Of a DNA stretch of 40,331 nucleotides, positions 37,605 to 40,331 are shown piece after piece; position 1 is the stretch's first letter, and each line of letters starts with the position of its first letter. The translations under genes were made by a program, and so were the position numbers. The notes beneath the pieces were generated by a model. The model searched no databases. It saw nothing but the letters and a program-made list of their open reading frames with translations, and was not told the DNA's origin. The stretch is taken from sequence record SRR20825019_1785. One strand, written 5' to 3'.

Positions 37605-38700
37605 TTGGAACTAGGCGCGCCATTACAACGTATTAAAGACCTTCGTGATCGCAGTGACGATCTTAGGGGGTATCTTTGACTTCGATGAAAAGTCTGAACG
37701 TTTAATCGAAGTAACCCGCGAACTGGAATCTCCCAGCGTCTGGGATGATCCGGAACGGGCCCAGAAACTTGGGCAGGAACGAGCCAGCCTGGAAAAAATC
37801 GTCAGTACGCTGTCAAAACACCGCGACACGCTCAACGACGCTCAGGATCTGCTGGAACTCGCGGCGGAGGAAAAGGACCAGGATACCTTTGATTCAGTGA
37901 TTGCCGATCTGGACGAACTGGAAAAGGGTCTGGAAAAACTCGAATTCCAGCGCATGTTCTCCGGTGAACTGGATAAAAACAGTGCCTACCTGGATATCCA
38001 GTCCGGCTCAGGTGGTACTGAAGCACAGGACTGGGCCAATATCCTGCTGCGCATGTATCTGCGCTGGGGTGAGGACCATGACTATAAAGTTGAGCTGATG
38101 GAAGTCTCTGCCGGTGAGGTTGCCGGTATCAAGAGTGCCACAGTGCGTTTTGAAGGCGATTATGCTTTCGGTATGCTGCGGACCGAGACGGGTGTCCACC
38201 GCCTGGTGCGTAAATCACCTTTCGACTCCGGTGCCCGTCGGCATACCTCATTTGCTTCCGTGTTTGTTTATCCAGAGGTTGATGACACGATTGAAATCGA
38301 CATCAATCCGGCCGACCTGCGTGTCGATACCTACCGCTCCAGTGGTGCCGGTGGTCAGCACGTGAACACCACTGATTCGGCCGTACGTATTACCCACGTG
38401 CCAACCAATACCGTGGTGCAGTGCCAGACCGAACGCAGTCAGCATCAGAACCGTGATCGCGCTATGAATCAGCTGCGAGCCAAGCTATACGAGCTGGAAC
38501 TGATGAAGCAGAATGAAGTGAAACAAGCCGCCGAAGAATCAAAATCGGATATTGGTTGGGGTAACCAGATCCGATCCTATGTTCTCGATCAATCGCGGAT
38601 TAAAGACCTGCGGACCCATGTTGAGACCGGCAATACCCAGGCCGTGCTCGATGGCGATTTGGACCAATTTATCGAAGCGTCGCTGAAATCAGGATTATAA
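37605..38700 (+). CDS. prfB: Peptide chain release factor 2, +1 programmed frameshift (about 364 aa)
   Basis: TTG start at 37605 after GAGG; 24 codons to CTT TGA C; continues in the +1 frame with SPF and GGQ motifs. Confidence 0.96.
37665..37680 (+). other. prfB frameshift cassette
   Basis: AGGGGG-TAT-CTTTGAC: internal Shine-Dalgarno plus shifty stop. Confidence 0.96.
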
Positions 38701-38702
38701 GC

Positions 38703-40208
38703 ATGAGCAACGAAACAGAAACCGGAACTGAACTGGACGAAAACCGCCTGATCGCGCAGCGTCGCGAAAAACTGGCCGAACTGCGGGAACAGGGTAATGC
38801 CTTTCCTAACGACTTCCGTCGTAATGTGATGAATGCTGAACTCAGCACCGAGTATGCCGACTGGAGCGGCGAACAACTGGCTGAAACCCCACGTCGTGTC
38901 AGTATTGCCGGCCGCATGATGACCAAGCGCGTGATGGGTAAAGCGAGCTTTGCCAATATCCGTGATATGTCGGGCGATATGCAGCTTTACGTTAAACGTG
39001 ACGACCTGCCGGAAGGCGTTTATGCCCAGTTCAAACGCTGGGACCTGGGCGACATTATCGCGGCGGAAGGGGTGATGTTCCGTACCCAGAAAGGCGAACT
39101 GTCGGTATTGGTCGACAATATCCGCCTGCTGACCAAGTCCTTGCGCCCGTTGCCGGAAAAATTCCACGGCCTGTCGGATCAGGAAACCCGTTACCGTCAG
39201 CGTTACGTTGACCTCATCATGAATGAAGCCAGCCGGGATGTATTCCGTCTGCGCACCCGCATTATTGATGGCGTTCGCCGCTATCTGATGAGCAAGGATT
39301 ATCTGGAAGTCGAAACCCCGATGATGCAGGCGATTCCGGGCGGTGCTACCGCGCGTCCTTTCACGACTTATCACAATGCGCTGGATATGGACCTGTTCCT
39401 GCGTATTGCGCCTGAACTCTATCTCAAGCGTCTGATTGTCGGCGGCTTTGAGCGGGTGTTTGAAATCAACCGTAATTTCCGTAATGAGGGGCTGTCTACC
39501 CGTCACAACCCGGAATTTACCATGGTCGAGTTCTATCAGGCCTATGCCAACCACCATGATCTGATGGATCTGACCGAGGATATGCTACGTAGCGTCACTC
39601 AGGACGTACTGGGCACTTCAGAAGTGCACTATCAGGGGCTCGATATCGACTTTGGCAAGCCGTTTACGCGGATGACCGTCAAGGAATCGATCCTGCATTT
39701 CAATCCGGGCATCAAACCGGAACAGCTGGAAACGATTGAAGCGGCCCGTGAAATTGCTGCAGGGCTCGCTATTCCGATCAAGGAAAGCTACGGCCTGGGT
39801 AAAGTGCAAATCGAGATCTTTGAGAAAACCGTGGAACATCGCCTGATGGAGCCGACCTTCATCACCGCGTACCCGACCGAAGTCTCACCACTGGCACGCC
39901 GCAGTGATGATGATCCGTTTGTCACCGAGCGTTTTGAATTCTTCGTCGGTGGCCGCGAGATTGCCAATGGCTTCTCCGAGTTGAATGACGCCGAAGACCA
40001 GGCTGAGCGTTTCCAGGCCCAGGTCGCCGAGAAAGATGCCGGTGATGATGAGGCGATGCATTTTGATGCCGATTACATCCGTGCCCTGGAGTACGGCATG
40101 CCGCCGACGGCGGGCGAGGGGATCGGGATTGATCGTCTGGTGATGTTGTTGACGGATTCGCCGTCAATTCGTGATGTTCTTCTTTTCCCGCATATGCGGC
40201 CGGAATAA
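38703..40208 (+). CDS. lysS: Lysine--tRNA ligase (class II)
   Basis: [48 protein letters not shown]. Confidence 0.97.
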   Translation: MSNETETGTELDENRLIAQRREKLAELREQGNAFPNDFRRNVMNAELSTEYADWSGEQLAETPRRVSIAGRMMTKRVMGKASFANIRDMSGDMQLYVKRDDLPEGVYAQFKRWDLGDIIAAEGVMFRTQKGELSVLVDNIRLLTKSLRPLPEKFHGLSDQETRYRQRYVDLIMNEASRDVFRLRTRIIDGVRRYLMSKDYLEVETPMMQAIPGGATARPFTTYHNALDMDLFLRIAPELYLKRLIVGGFERVFEINRNFRNEGLSTRHNPEFTMVEFYQAYANHHDLMDLTEDMLRSVTQDVLGTSEVHYQGLDIDFGKPFTRMTVKESILHFNPGIKPEQLETIEAAREIAAGLAIPIKESYGLGKVQIEIFEKTVEHRLMEPTFITAYPTEVSPLARRSDDDPFVTERFEFFVGGREIANGFSELNDAEDQAERFQAQVAEKDAGDDEAMHFDADYIRALEYGMPPTAGEGIGIDRLVMLLTDSPSIRDVLLFPHMRPE

Positions 40209-40231
40209 GTTTTTTCTGAAGCTTTGCAAAG

Positions 40232-40268
40232 ACGGGCAGGTGAATTTTTCATCTGCCCGTTTTTTTTT
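40232..40268 (+). terminator. Rho-independent terminator of prfB-lysS
   Basis: ACGGGCAGGTGAA/TTCATCTGCCCGT stem (one G-U) followed by a T8 tract. Confidence 0.9.
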
Positions 40269-40277
40269 AGTCCGAGC

Positions 40278-40331
40278 ATTTCGCCTCAATGGCGAGTTCA
40301 TTTTTTGCGCGGCCAAAAAACGAACCAAAAA
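40278..40331 (+). repeat. Partial copy of the same structured repeat, apparently truncated by the window end
   Basis: Hairpins TCGCC-tcaat-GGCGA and GTTC.TTTTTTG-cgcggc-CAAAAAA.GAAC; inverted match to positions 2-41. Confidence 0.75.

Noticed and set aside
38589-39557. 322-aa antisense ORF across prfB/lysS
   Set aside because: Shadow of lysS with no independent evidence.
1-40331. Whole window as one transposon bounded by terminal inverted repeats
   Set aside because: The content is essential core genes (parEC, prfB, lysS, hemL) with no transposase or integrase. Two independent repeat copies at contig breaks is the simpler explanation.

Overview
A core-chromosome segment of a gammaproteobacterium, most plausibly a Methylophaga-like marine methylotroph (inferred from gene content). 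In order it contains: a B12-binding radical SAM gene, sbcB and hemL; a MoxY/MxaY-type sensor kinase with a NarL-family regulator; a six-gene TtpC/TonB2-type operon followed by a class II aldolase; ovoA plus a PLP C-S lyase (ovothiol); three small genes (DUF2582, a DUF3365 cytochrome c, DUF2892); parE-parC; a Tat-exported formate dehydrogenase cluster with accessory genes; an NAD-linked FDH1-type formate dehydrogenase; surE-pcm-yqaA-nlpD (no rpoS); frameshifted prfB; and lysS. Four signals are not explained by the ORF track. (1) A candidate ~90-nt sRNA with an anti-Shine-Dalgarno tract lies directly behind the methanol/lanthanide-type two-component genes. (2) Inverted copies of a hairpin repeat, with a compensatory base change, sit at both extreme ends of the window. 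(3) A sigma54 promoter with an NtrC-like site precedes the small DUF2582 gene. (4) A 59-aa lipoprotein gene is hidden in the FDH operon. Family assignments come from motif recognition by eye; no database search was run.
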